Positions 25,001 through 35,820 of a stretch of DNA of 64,000 bases are shown here, piece by piece. The notes below the pieces were generated by a model. It had not been told where the DNA came from and made no database searches. It saw nothing but the letters and a program-made list of their open reading frames with translations. This stretch comes from Podarcis cretensis (taxonomy: Eukaryota): positions 88,474,001 through 88,538,000 of the forward strand of contig OX638149.1 in NCBI GenBank assembly GCA_951804945.1, given 5' to 3'. A program made the translations under genes and the position numbers. Each line of letters starts with the position of its first letter. The stretch's first letter is position 1.

Positions 25001-28000
25001 TGTGAAAGGTATCTTGTGAGTGGCTTTGTTATGAAAGTGAGTCAACTGCCTTTCGATTGCGATTACCTGATATATCCCTCCACACTGCTTTGTCCTCTCA
25101 GCTGGTCCTCCATCAGGTATGTGTTGTGGGAGGAGGAGATAAAGTAATGGCAGAGGGGCTGAGACATATCCTGAAAGACCGTCCTGTGCTCAGGGTTGAA
25201 GATGGAGCCATCGGGAGAGCAGAGGTACATGAGGAACCCATCAATGCTCAGGATGTGGCGAGCCTTGGCTGTGGGAAGAGAGAGCCAGTTGGAGAGAGAA
25301 CAGTACTGAGGAGGAATTAGCCTCTGAAAAAAACAAAAGACACTGAACTGGACAAAGCCCGTGAAAGAGGAGCCTTTGGAGTGCTGGGGGAAAGCATCAG
25401 TTTCTATGGCAATAGGTGTCATGAAACTGATACAGGTGGTGATAAGTGCTTTGTGGAGATCTAGTGGGACAAGAGAGACACACAGATACCCTCTCCCCCT
25501 CAATGCCTGGGAGCTCCTATTCTGAGAGAGGATTTGGCACTATTTGAGGGCCAACCTGTACTAACCGTGGGCACTTGTCCAGGTTGTGGGCCCGCCAGCT
25601 CTCCCCCCTCCTCCACCCCCACCCCGCCAACCTGTCTCAGACGGCTCATATCTGTCAATCATCTCCATGGCGAGCTCATCAATGCCAGCCCCCTCCATCT
25701 GCTCCTGTTGCAAGAAGTCCACAAACTCCAACAGTGTCAGCTTTTTGCCATCCTCGGAGTACTCCTGGAACAACTCGAGCACCTCGTCCCGCTGAGTCAG
25801 TGCTTTGTAGAAGAGCACAAACTCCTCCCCCTCCAGTGTACCTGTCTCTGATTTGTCGGCCATCTGCAAGGAATGGAAGGGTCTCTGACCGAGGGGGTCC
25901 TTTGTGCAGAAAGGAGAACATTGCGATAAAAGCAATGGGGTGAGGCAGAGCCAGCCAGTGTGAGGCCCTCTAGATGGCTTGGACTACAACTCCAACCTGT
26001 CAGCTTGGCCAGTGGTTGAAGGGTGGTGATGGGAGTTTGTAGTCTGCAACATCTGGAGGGTACCACATTGGCTACACAGGGCATACAGGATCAGAGGTTT
26101 ACTCATGAGGATTCTTGAGACATACCGCTGCTGCTGCTGCTGCTGCTACTACAACACTAAATGTGCCCTAGCTGATGCACAGTACATCATAGCTATATGG
26201 TCCTTGCCCAAGGAGCTTTAAACTACCATAAAATGACTAGATGGAGGCAGGAGTAGTAAAGGGCCAGGGATTAAATGAAGAGTGTGGGTAGGATGGGGGG
26301 CAGCTTCTGGATCTGGGATGATCCACCACTGCTCTTGCCAGTGTCTATTGTCAGCCCCCACTGGGAAAAACAACATGATAGAGAGACTTGGGGATGCCAT
26401 GAGATGTCTGTGCAGGTGACCTGCAGTGATTTCTGTGCTATATCACTGAGTTTGACTAGACAACACACAGAGATGGGCAAGGAGCCACAGCCACGTGGAT
26501 GATGCTTTGACGGAGAGATATAATGACACTGGACAACAGAATAGCCAGGTTTGGGGGCACAGCGTGTAAGCAAAGAAAAACAGAAGTGAATATATGTGCA
26601 CTAGGGTGTATCATGGGTGGAAATGAGGTGCTGTAGTCTTTTGAAGAGCAAGCTCAGGGATTTCCCTATGCAACCCAGTACCGTAACTTCCCCACCACAG
26701 CACCCAAATTTACTTGGAAGAGCCGGAAGGCATGGTCTTCGTTCATAGCCACGTTCATCATCCTGAGCAAGTGCTGCACCTCCTTGAAATTCATACGTCC
26801 ATCCTTGTCCTTATCAGCTTTCATGAACCAGTCACAGATCCATGTGCAGCCCAAGACATGGGTCAAGGAAAACAGTCTCATAGTGGTCAAGCAAAGCTAA
26901 ATCTTCAAAACTAGCCATAGCATAAAAGAACACTCTAGTGTTGCTCAGCCAAGATGCTTCGAGAAACATGTGTGTGTGGACTCCTCATCAGCCTAATTCC
27001 TAGAATTTGGCAACTATTAACAATTGCATCTTGTTGAAATGCACCAACACGGGTTTAATTTTCATAAGACTAAGCCCTTCATTCAAAATGTTACCTATTT
27101 ATTGGCCAGTTCATTTATGTATTATTCTCCATTTAAAATCACAGAGTAGTTCACAGCAGAAATCAATAAAATACAACAACTGGCACCACCTTCCCCCTCC
27201 TATACATTCTATTCGGAATCTGTTATCTGCAGTTTTGCATGGCTTCAAGTAGTGCTTATAAAAAGAGGAAGAGCCAGAACCAAAGCAGACTGGAACAATG
27301 GGCAGTTCAGGCAAGACATGGCTGGGTAGTAGTGAAGAAAGGTTGGTTCATTGCAGGGGGAGGGACATGGTGTGACTGCAGAAGTAATGAATTGATAGGG
27401 AAGCACCACAGAAGAGATAGTGGAGACAGCTGAAGCTGTGAAGGAAAGGAGAGAAAGAGATCTAAGTGTCAGCAATTGAAGACAGGAAATTACCTTATCT
27501 CAGGTCAGACCCACTGGCCCTCTAATTGAGGATCATTTACATGGGCTGACAGCAGCTGTCCAGGATTTAAGACAGGAGTATTTGCTGGAGACACCAGAAA
27601 TTGAACCCAGTATTTCTGTGTGCAAAGCTTGTGCTCTGCTACCAAGCTACAGTTGATATCAACCTCATATTTGATATGAATCCTGGGTCGTATCTCCAGC
27701 ACTGGAGAACAAATACAAAGTTGATCTCTTGAGGTTAGCTTTTACAGGCATGGAAATGGACAGTGAATAATTCAACATAAGGATATTGATCCATCTTCTC
27801 CTTCTGGTCCATGTTAGTGACAATCTCCACAAGGCGCCGCAGGCCTTGGATCCAGCACTGAGCTTCCTCCGCTGAGCTGGCAATTAGGTCTAGATTGTTA
27901 CGGCGCCCGTGGAAGACGACCGTGAAGCAGCATTCGGCTGGGAATTCCTCTGCTAGACTTTGCAGGACCTCCGACTGGTGTCCCTCACGCACAGTCTCCA

Positions 28001-31000
28001 CATCACTCACTGAGACTTGGGAGAGAGGGATAACAGCCAAGAAACATCAGCCTTCATGCAAAGATTAGAGCTTAAGGTACAAAATTAGACCCTTGCTTCT
28101 TAGGTTGGGCCCCACACGAAACAGCATCGGCATCATTACCTAGCATTTATCTATTCACATATTCAGCTTCTTTAATCTGTCTGTCTATTCACCCAACTCT
28201 TTACTAGAGGTTCTATCCAAAGCAGCACTACGTGAAGATGCCATCAGCACAAGGATTTCAGCTTGTGCAGTGGAACCCTCTCCACTTCTTCTCCCCCTGT
28301 GCATGCTCCCTAAATACGTTCTAGGGGTTTCCCCCAACCCTCTAGAACTTATTTTGTGGGGCGCAGGACCCACATTGGGGGAGCAATGGGGTGTATCCTG
28401 ATGTACAAGTGGAAATCCTAGCACTGATGAGATACGGTAATGGGCTTAACCGTCCAGGGGTCCTTTACCTTTACCTTAGTTGAACAACCCCATAAGAGCA
28501 TAGAATTCTGCCTTATACTGAGTCAGATCATTGATCCATTTAGGCCTGTATTGCCTATATTGGCTCGCCAGGATTTCAGACGGAGTCTTTCCCAGTCCAG
28601 TTTAGAGATGCTGGGGGTGTCAAAGGCAGATTTTTCTGAACTACAAGCCCTTCCTATCCTGTCCTGAGCTACTGTGCTGTCACAGAGTTTTGACCTCCGC
28701 AGATCACAGAGGAAGAGATGAAAAAGCATTTTATTGGATCAATTAATGTTGGGACATAATGTACATCCAGCATAAACTGATGGCGGAAGACATCTCAAAG
28801 GCAGTTGTGGGCAAGATAGTTTCACCCAGTGGACCATTAGCCTGGAGAAGTTCCAGCAGCAGGGTGAGTGTTCACAGAATCTCCAAGAGAAAATTAAACA
28901 TCTCTGTGAATGACAGAATGAAAACATCCAGTACTAGAACAGATTATGCAATAGACAGAGGGAAGATGCACAACTTCCAGCACTCAAGATGAATCCAAAT
29001 ATAGTATATTCTCTTCCAGCCAAACATATTTTAGTGACCAAGGTGGCAAATCTAAATTGCACCACATGCATAAAAACTTAAATTAAATTAGCTGGCAATT
29101 TGATGTTCAATACCTGCTGCCTGAGGTCATCACCTCACTTATCTTTGTGACAGGATCAGTCCCGCTTCAAGTGTCACCATATATGAAAGTCAGGCTCAGT
29201 ACACCATGCCCAGTGCTCTTTTAATTTTTAGATAGGCACATCTAAAATGCCCCTTGCAAGACATTCAGAACATAACATGCACATATGCAGATGCAGATGC
29301 ACACAAACATTTCCCTTTGTAGTACACATTGTGATGATCTGTTGCTGGATATCAGATGATGACAGGGATTTGCAAGTAAGTATTGGCAACAGCTGGATGG
29401 AGAAGAAGTGTGTGTGCTTTTGTGTGTGTGTGTGTGTGTGTGTGTGCTCGCGCGCACACACACACACACACACAAAACAAAGAGAAGTCATATTAGATGT
29501 CAGACATGACTTGCAGTTTTAATAAGTACATAAGCAGCAGTATGTTGAACCAAAGGTAAAATGTTCTGGAAGGCATGCAAACACCATCTTGGTAGTTGAG
29601 ATAACCCTAAACTAATTGGTAGTTGTTGCAAGAATGAGCTCATGTGTGTTTACATCCACTTGCTCTGATGTATACTAAGTGGCTTGCGTCGATGCTATGC
29701 TTATCTGTGAATCTTGGGACGCTGGGCTCTAGCCCCTGAGAGGGGAGAAGCCTTGGATAGCTGCCACCCATGGCCTCACTGGCCAGGTGTGATGGGAGCT
29801 TCTGAGTAAACTGATGTATTTTGTTTTGTACATAAAGGATGTCTACATGTTTGCTTGGCTGCGGACAAGCCATCGCCTTGCTGCAGTGTCCATCCTGCAT
29901 CTGTAAAGGCTGGGGGACCTGGCAGGCTGATTTGCTGTAAGTCTACACCTTCTTTTAATAAAGCACTAGAATTGATCACTCTGGCATTTTTTGACATCCT
30001 TCTTTGGTATCCCTGCAACCAACCACTCCCACAAGCTTTTCTTTTGGCTGGTGGATCAGGACGAGCAGTTCTTGCCAATAGATTGAAGGTGGGCCTGAGG
30101 GTCAGATCCAATTGTATTGTTCCCAGAACATCCTGTTGGCACCCCATGACATCAAGAGTCAGAGTTTTTACACCCCAGTCTGAAATTCAATCTAAATTTG
30201 CATCTAAATTAGCATTTATGTTATGGGCCTGTTCCCTGAATCTCTTAAATACCTAGCAGTACTCCTGTTCCCCGGTGGAAGTCTGCTGCAGCCCAGCACT
30301 TTTTAAAAATCAAGCTAAGTAGTCTTTTGGCTTGGAATTGTGTGATTTTTGCATTCTGATCTCTTCCAATGACTGGTGTTGCCAGACTGTCATTAAACAG
30401 TTTCATGTGGGGGCTTCTGCAATCTGGACATGCTCCAACCCTTATGAAAGGATCCCCACATTGTGCTATATGCTTCCCTGAAAGTGCAAACTCAAAGACA
30501 AGGTGACATGGAAACCAGCCTTGCTAACTGCCATTCAGAGCAGGGAGTGGAACTCACAGGCAGACTTGGCTTTGCCAGACATCTTGGATTTGTACCAGAC
30601 GGTCATGCAGTCATCCTGCAGCATGAAGTACCGGGGTTTCTTCCAGTTCTTGGACTTCACCTTGCGCATCATTGTCCCCTGTTGCATCTGCTCCAGGTTT
30701 TCATCCAGCTGAAGGCCTGAACAGGAGATTGAGGGGACTGCATTTCACATCAAAAAGCGAGTGAGGGCTACCGCCCACCCAGGATGGGGAACACAAGGAA
30801 TATTTGTTTGTGTTTAAGCATACAGATAAGGAACAGAAACTGACCCTATTGAGATGGGATGTCAACTTCAAGATCAGAAAGACCCAGCTTCTGGAGGAAA
30901 CATTATGCCCTGAATGAAACAGCCATTCCATAACATCCTTCTAAGCAGCCTACCCCAACCTGGTTCCCTTTGGTTGTTGTTGGACTACAACTCCCATCAT

Positions 31001-31946
31001 CCCTGTCCATTGGAGATGGAGTCCAACAAGATCTGGAAGGCACCAGACTGGGAAAGGCTGCTGCAGGGCAAACATATTGATCCTACATTCAGATCTCCTT
31101 TTTGCTTCCAGCAACAGTAGTCACAACCTGCCAGGTCCCCTATATTTCTCCCTTGGACCTAGAGGGTGTGTGGGATGTATTATTACTAGAGCAGTGAAGT
31201 ACAACATTTTCCTTTTGTCTAGAATGGACACACTGAGGGATGTGGCTCCAGACAGGGAGGACTTCCTGTCATACCTGCTCTGGAGCTTCCTCCCCCTGTG
31301 TGTGACCAGGTAGATGGGCGTGAGTGACCCTAGCTGACCAGATCAAAGGGCTGGTCGTGGAACCATCTCACTCTTACCCTCTTACTCTTGCTGGCTCTTA
31401 GCCAGCACATGGCTCAACCCACATAGGTTGGAGCCTACAAGCAGAAAGTCTAAGATGTAGCTCAGACTTCTTTTCACTGTAACCACAGGATAAAGCCTGC
31501 CTTCAGATTACTGCTGTGAACTGAATGTGAGTAAAACTTTATTCTTACTTTTAATGAAGACTCTGTTGTGTTATTATTATTTTAAGAGGGAAATAAAGGG
31601 GAAACTTACCAGGAACAATCCAGACTGAACAAGCCAGATTGGATTGCTTAATTAAAGGATTCTAACGAATCATCAAGGAATGTTGCTCTGCTGTTTACTC
31701 ACTAGCGTGAGTGAGGAGGGATAATATCAAAACAATATATATATTCTCTCCTACCTTCCTTAACATTCCCACAGGGAGAGGATGAGCAAGTGAGCAAGCA
31801 CCACTGATGGCTGCAAGGGCTGTCACTGGGGGAAGATCTGCAGGTGGTCTCTTGCCGAAGGCCACCCAAAACCTGGAGGTAGCAATCTAGAGGTTCCCTG
31901 GAGACTCAGGAGAATACTCACGGACACTGTAGAGAACTGAAGTCAT
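15985..31946 (-). CDS. PLCD4: Phospholipase C delta-4, 761 aa: complement(join(15985..16088,17688..17837,19037..19172,19969..20147,21525..21641,22150..22306,23225..23392,23959..24111,24540..24684,25067..25268,25632..25863,26714..26843,27787..28015,30558..30716,31922..31946))
   Basis: PH, EF-hand, X ([24 protein letters not shown]), Y ([13 protein letters not shown]) and C2 domains in order. Exons sum to 2286 nt and all phases are consistent. Lies between ZNF142 and CNOT9. Confidence 0.95.
17688..17837 (-). CDS. PLCD4: PLCD4 exon, C2 domain
   Basis: [44 protein letters not shown], 150 nt. Confidence 0.93.
18075..18245 (+). mobile_element. RTE-clade LINE 3' end fragment
   Basis: [16 protein letters not shown]-terminal zinc-finger-like motif followed by a short GAA-type tail. 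Confidence 0.6.
19037..19172 (-). CDS. PLCD4: PLCD4 exon, C2 domain
   Basis: [29 protein letters not shown]...YIDDN, translated by hand, 136 nt. Confidence 0.93.
19355..19604. mobile_element. Tc1/mariner-type MITE
   Basis: TA|CAGTGGTACCTCGG ... CCAAGGTACCACT(t)|TA terminal inverted repeats with TA target duplication. Confidence 0.8.
19969..20147 (-). CDS. PLCD4: PLCD4 exon, end of Y domain
   Basis: [31 protein letters not shown]...IK|gtactg, 179 nt. Confidence 0.93.
21525..21641 (-). CDS. PLCD4: PLCD4 exon, Y domain
   Basis: [39 protein letters not shown], translated by hand, 117 nt. Confidence 0.93.
22150..22306 (-). CDS. PLCD4: PLCD4 exon, start of Y domain
   Basis: [20 protein letters not shown]...LIREA, 157 nt. 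Confidence 0.93.
23225..23392 (-). CDS. PLCD4: PLCD4 exon, end of X domain and acidic X-Y linker
   Basis: [12 protein letters not shown]...EEEEEEEE...KKKEK|gtacat, 168 nt. Confidence 0.9.
23959..24111 (-). CDS. PLCD4: PLCD4 exon, X domain
   Basis: [15 protein letters not shown]...LPSPE, 153 nt. Confidence 0.95.
24540..24684 (-). CDS. PLCD4: PLCD4 exon, X domain
   Basis: [32 protein letters not shown], 145 nt. Confidence 0.95.
25067..25268 (-). CDS. PLCD4: PLCD4 exon, start of X domain
   Basis: [12 protein letters not shown]...[20 protein letters not shown]...GYIR, 202 nt. Confidence 0.95.
25632..25863 (-). CDS. PLCD4: PLCD4 exon, EF-hand
   Basis: [15 protein letters not shown]...YEPSET, ag/gt bounded, 232 nt. 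Confidence 0.93.
26714..26843 (-). CDS. PLCD4: PLCD4 exon, EF-hand; starts after an AC acceptor
   Basis: [22 protein letters not shown]...FQ|gtaaat, 130 nt. Confidence 0.93.
26844..27786 (-). other. PLCD4: U12-type (minor spliceosome) AT-AC intron of PLCD4
   Basis: 5' end ATATCCTT, branch site TTCCTTGAC at 26870-26862, 3' end CAC; junction gives GAT CA|A TGG (D-Q-W). Confidence 0.93.
27787..28015 (-). CDS. PLCD4: PLCD4 exon, PH domain; ends at U12 donor ATATCCTT
   Basis: [15 protein letters not shown]...EKMDQ, 229 nt. Confidence 0.93.
29421..29474. repeat. Compound (TG)n-CTCGCGCG-(CA)n microsatellite
   Basis: Read directly. Confidence 0.95.
30558..30716 (-). CDS. PLCD4: PLCD4 exon, PH domain ([30 protein letters not shown]...)
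   Basis: ttcag| acceptor, |gtgagt donor, 159 nt; translated by hand (not in ORF track). Confidence 0.93.
31230..31650 (+). mobile_element. Possible solo-LTR-like interspersed repeat in the PLCD4 intron after the first coding exon
   Basis: Begins TG, has AGTAAA/AATAAA signals and LTR-like composition; boundaries uncertain. Confidence 0.3.
31922..31946 (-). CDS. PLCD4: PLCD4 first coding segment MTSVLYSV(R); exon probably spans 31922..31980
   Basis: accATGACTTCAGTTCTCTACAGTGTCC|gtgagt, phase 1 matching the next exon; acceptor cttgtgttctag| at 31981-31982; resembles recalled PLCD4 N-termini (MASLL...). Confidence 0.8.
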
Positions 31947-33237
31947 GGTTCTTCTTCCCGTGGGTTGGCACAACAATCACCTAGAACACAAGAGGGTCAA
32001 TTGGTTTCAGAATTGCCATATCCCGTAATTTGACCTAGCACTTTCTGAAGACTCAGTATCTGATTTATTTTCTGATGTTTTGCATAAGCAATTCTAGTCC
32101 CATAATCATACAGAAGTGCCTTTTTATCCTTAATCGCCTTATCAGTCCTTTGATAGAAGTCACAAAAAGATCTTAATGTTAAGAAATTATATCTGGTAAA
32201 AAAAGGGGGTGGGATATTTGTTGCTGCTGCTAGGATTTATTTCCACAACCTCTTAGCATTACCATTAGCAGTGATAAAAATATATATTCTCTCTTCATAG
32301 CACTTCAGGAAAATATCAGAATAAGCACCCTCATTTTGACGCAGTTTTCTCTCAGACATGGAGCCGCTGCATACTTATCTGTGTGGTTCCACATATGTTT
32401 TCATACTTGCAATGATGTATCTTTTAGAAAATTTCCATTAAATTTCATGGTACATCCTGGTTGATCCGTCTTAATGCTCAATGTAATACAAAAAAATCTG
32501 GGATAATGATTTCTTAGGTTTGTCCACTAAGACTTGTTCTAACTGGATCAGTGATCAAAGGTTTCTTTACTTTGATAACCCATTAATACAAAAAGTGCCT
32601 GGTTTCAAAATACTGGGAGAGGGAGAGAGAGTGACAGGCCAAAGCACCACCAGTGACCAACCAGATGCCTATATTGGAAGCCCACAAGCAGGAACTTCCC
32701 CTCCACCCACCAAGTTTTTATTAGGACTGCAGCACACAAAGAGAGAAGGTTTAACCTTTTCCTCCACAGCTACAATTTTAATTAAAATAGCCCCCAACCA
32801 CAGCAATTTGCTTTTTTTGGGGGGGGGGGGGGATTTGTTCCACTGGGCAACTTCTGTCTGGATCTCAGCTGGGAAACAAAACCAACTCTCTTTCAATGCA
32901 GAAAACCTTCCCAACCCTATCAGATAGAGATTTTTACTTGCCACTGGCCACTAGATGAATAGCCTGCTTTTAACATCTGTCATTTTAAAAATGGGCAGCA
33001 CATTTACCTATTTAACCCCCTTCAAACTCCAAAGCAATGTAGAGAAGGAGAAGGCTATTCTTTTTACAAAGGCTTTCTTTTTTGCAAATTCCAAACAAGT
33101 GGCTATGCTAGTATGAGGGCAGCAAAATAAGAGTCTTGCGGCAGCTTAAAAACTAACACATTTATAATGGCATAAGCTCTTGTGGACCACAGTCTACTTC
33201 CATCACATGCATCCATGAAAGCTCATGCCATAACTCT

Positions 33238-33281
<44 letters not shown>

Positions 33282-33282
33282 T
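33238..33282. repeat. (TTTC)n microsatellite
   Basis: Read directly. Confidence 0.95.
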
Positions 33283-34304
33283 CCTCTGTCTCTGTCTCAA
33301 AAAATGCACTTCTCAGTCCCCCAAGCGACAGAATGTTCCAGGACAGTCTTTCATGGGGTCTGTTTCCTTGTGAGGAGTGAATAACTGGAGGCACAAAAAA
33401 CCCAAAATGCTAATTTAAAAGTACAGCCAGACAATTGGCAAACATGCAAGGAATACTAATTCCCAAAACAGCACCAGTCCACCAAAGCAACAGCATCTGC
33501 CCAAAATTACTCCATAACAGCCAGCGGCAAAATCCTTTTTCTCTTGCTAAATACAAAGCTGATTTTTTCCCCCAGGCCCTACAGAGCAAAACATAACCCA
33601 AATCCCTGTAGCTGGAAGTAGTCACCAGCCATCAAGGGCCATTGAAGTAAGTGCTTTCCGCCATCAAGCACTACAACAGCCTGGAGTGGAAAAAAAACAC
33701 CAGTTATGCATATGTAAAGAGTTCATTTGAGAAGCTGAAAGGTACTTCAAACAAAGGATAGTGTCTAGAAAGGACACACATTTGACCAATCTTAACAGTT
33801 GCCTGGGATGTAGGGAAGGAGATGATCCAAGGAATACACGAAAGCAAATTTTCCATCAAAACAGTGATCTGGGAAAACCAAATGCTTTACCCTGGAGTTG
33901 GGGATGGAAAGAAAATAAAATTCTTCAGCTGCTGAATAGACAACAGAGAGCAATTGGAAAGGATCTCAATCATGGCAGAAAGCTCTGGTTATTTGCTTTT
34001 CCTATATAATTTGGCAAAGTGCATGTCCAATCATTCCAATAATGTACCACTTCATTAAATTAGACTGAGGAACAGGCTTCCTGCAGTATCTTTCATTAAG
34101 GTAATCAAGGAACTGCAGCATCAAAAAGACTAGCTGTGTTAGTTTGGTAGAGCACAAACAGCAAAGTGTTTTTTGGCTCCTTCAAGGCCAACACATTTAC
34201 TAGCTTTTGTGCACCAGAGTCTGTTTTTGTCAGAAGCCTGAAGGGTAATCCTGAGACGTAAGACCACCCTGAGACCTCTGGAACTGCCCTGAGACCTCTA
34301 GGTA

Positions 34305-34400
34305 TGTTGTTGTTGTTTAGTCGTTTAGTCGTGTCCGACTCTTCGTGACCCCATGGACCAGAGAACGCCAGGCACTCCTGTCCTCCACTGCCCCCGCAGC
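34305..34400 (-). mobile_element. Sauria-SINE/Bov-B-like 3' end fragment
   Basis: gttgttgtttagtcgtttagtcgtgtccgactcttcgtgaccccatggac, the reverse complement of the typical 3' tail as recalled. Confidence 0.65.
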
Positions 34401-35599
34401 TTGGTATAGGGCGGTATATAAATTCAATAAATCATCATCATCATCATCCTGAATTAGCAAGCGTACTCTGGGACGAAGAGATGTACAGGAGTGAGTTCAG
34501 ACAGAAGTGAAATGCAAAAAGAACAGGCAGTAATGTTTACCTGAAAGCAAGATAGTTAGTGTCCAATTAACAAGGCAGTACTGGCAGTAAGACTAATGTT
34601 TTGTCATTGATAAGCTAATGAACCCATGTAGTGTGATGTCAAAACAAAATCAGGCCTACAATCTGGATTCAAGCCGCACGTGGCTTGAATTAATTGCATG
34701 ATAAATTGTAATTCAGCAGTTTCCTGGCAGAATTTCGTTTTGAAGTCCATGTTCATACTTTATCCCAGCTTGATGCCACTTTTGCTTGTTATTGGCATTT
34801 CAGGAAAGGATGAGAAGTGGGCAGGGGACTGCGTCTCTGGAAATAAATTTGACCCTTGGTGGTGACCCCTCTTTAAATGCTGAACCTTTCTCCTCCTAAT
34901 GTACCTAGGAGGGGTTTTTTGTGTCCTCTCAAAAATGGGCTCTTAGGCAAACAAGGTGCACTGGGGTATCAAAATTATGGGTGTGCGTTTAATGGAACGA
35001 AGCAGCTGACTTCTGGGAAGAGGTAAAAGTCTGTAGAACATGCAGTCCTTTCCCCTGCATGACGGTGAAAGGCAAGTGCAATGCTTTGCCATGAGAAATC
35101 ATCATCTCCATGCATAAGCTCATTCTTTCCCATTGCAAAGCCAATCTGTCTTCCCCAAGGAGATGGCTATCCAGAGAGAAAGGACAGAAAAGGATATGAA
35201 CCTTGAAGAAAGCCCCTGAACATGCGATCTTTGTGCAATGTGACAGCTGTGAGCTGACGCTGACCTTGAAACAGCTCAAGCAACAAATTATAGACCACGT
35301 CAGGAATTGCAAGTAGCACCCTAGGAGCACACTGGCCAGCAAAAGTAGGTTAAATTAATGTTAGTTTCTCTTGTTATTTTCCCATGCCTTATCCAAGGTG
35401 CTTTGTAATCATCACTCTTAATAATTTACATAGCATTTTTCATGTACAAAAGGGTGCCACAGTATTTTAAATTTATTGGTTCTCTCCTCCCCCCGTAATT
35501 TGAACCTGATAATAATGATAATGATAATAAGAGGTATTATCTGAAAGAGCATCCCACCTATTGACTGGGACCAGTGCTATATATATATAGCACTGAGAA

Positions 35600-35820
35600 C
35601 TAGTGGGTTATAGTGGTTACAGTCTCAGATTTATGTGGCAGAAACATGAGTCGAAATCAGTGCTCAGCCATAAAGCTTACCGGGTGACCTCGGGCTAATC
35701 TGTCTCTCAGCCTAGCCTAAACTCACAAGGTTGTTGTGAGAATAAATGTGGTTTGGGGTGAGGGGAGAGAGAGCAATGTATACTGCCTCTTAGCTCTTTG
35801 AAGGAAGGAAATAATGTTTA
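35600..35820 (+). mobile_element. tRNA-derived SINE, degenerate copy
   Basis: Shares the ctctcagcctagccta...ggttgttgtgag core with the 50.3 kb copy. Confidence 0.55.

Noticed and set aside
33120-34750. Short Penelope-like retroelement remnants (also ~42140-42270 and ~46730)
   Set aside because: Resemblance from memory only; too degenerate to bound or classify without a repeat-library search.
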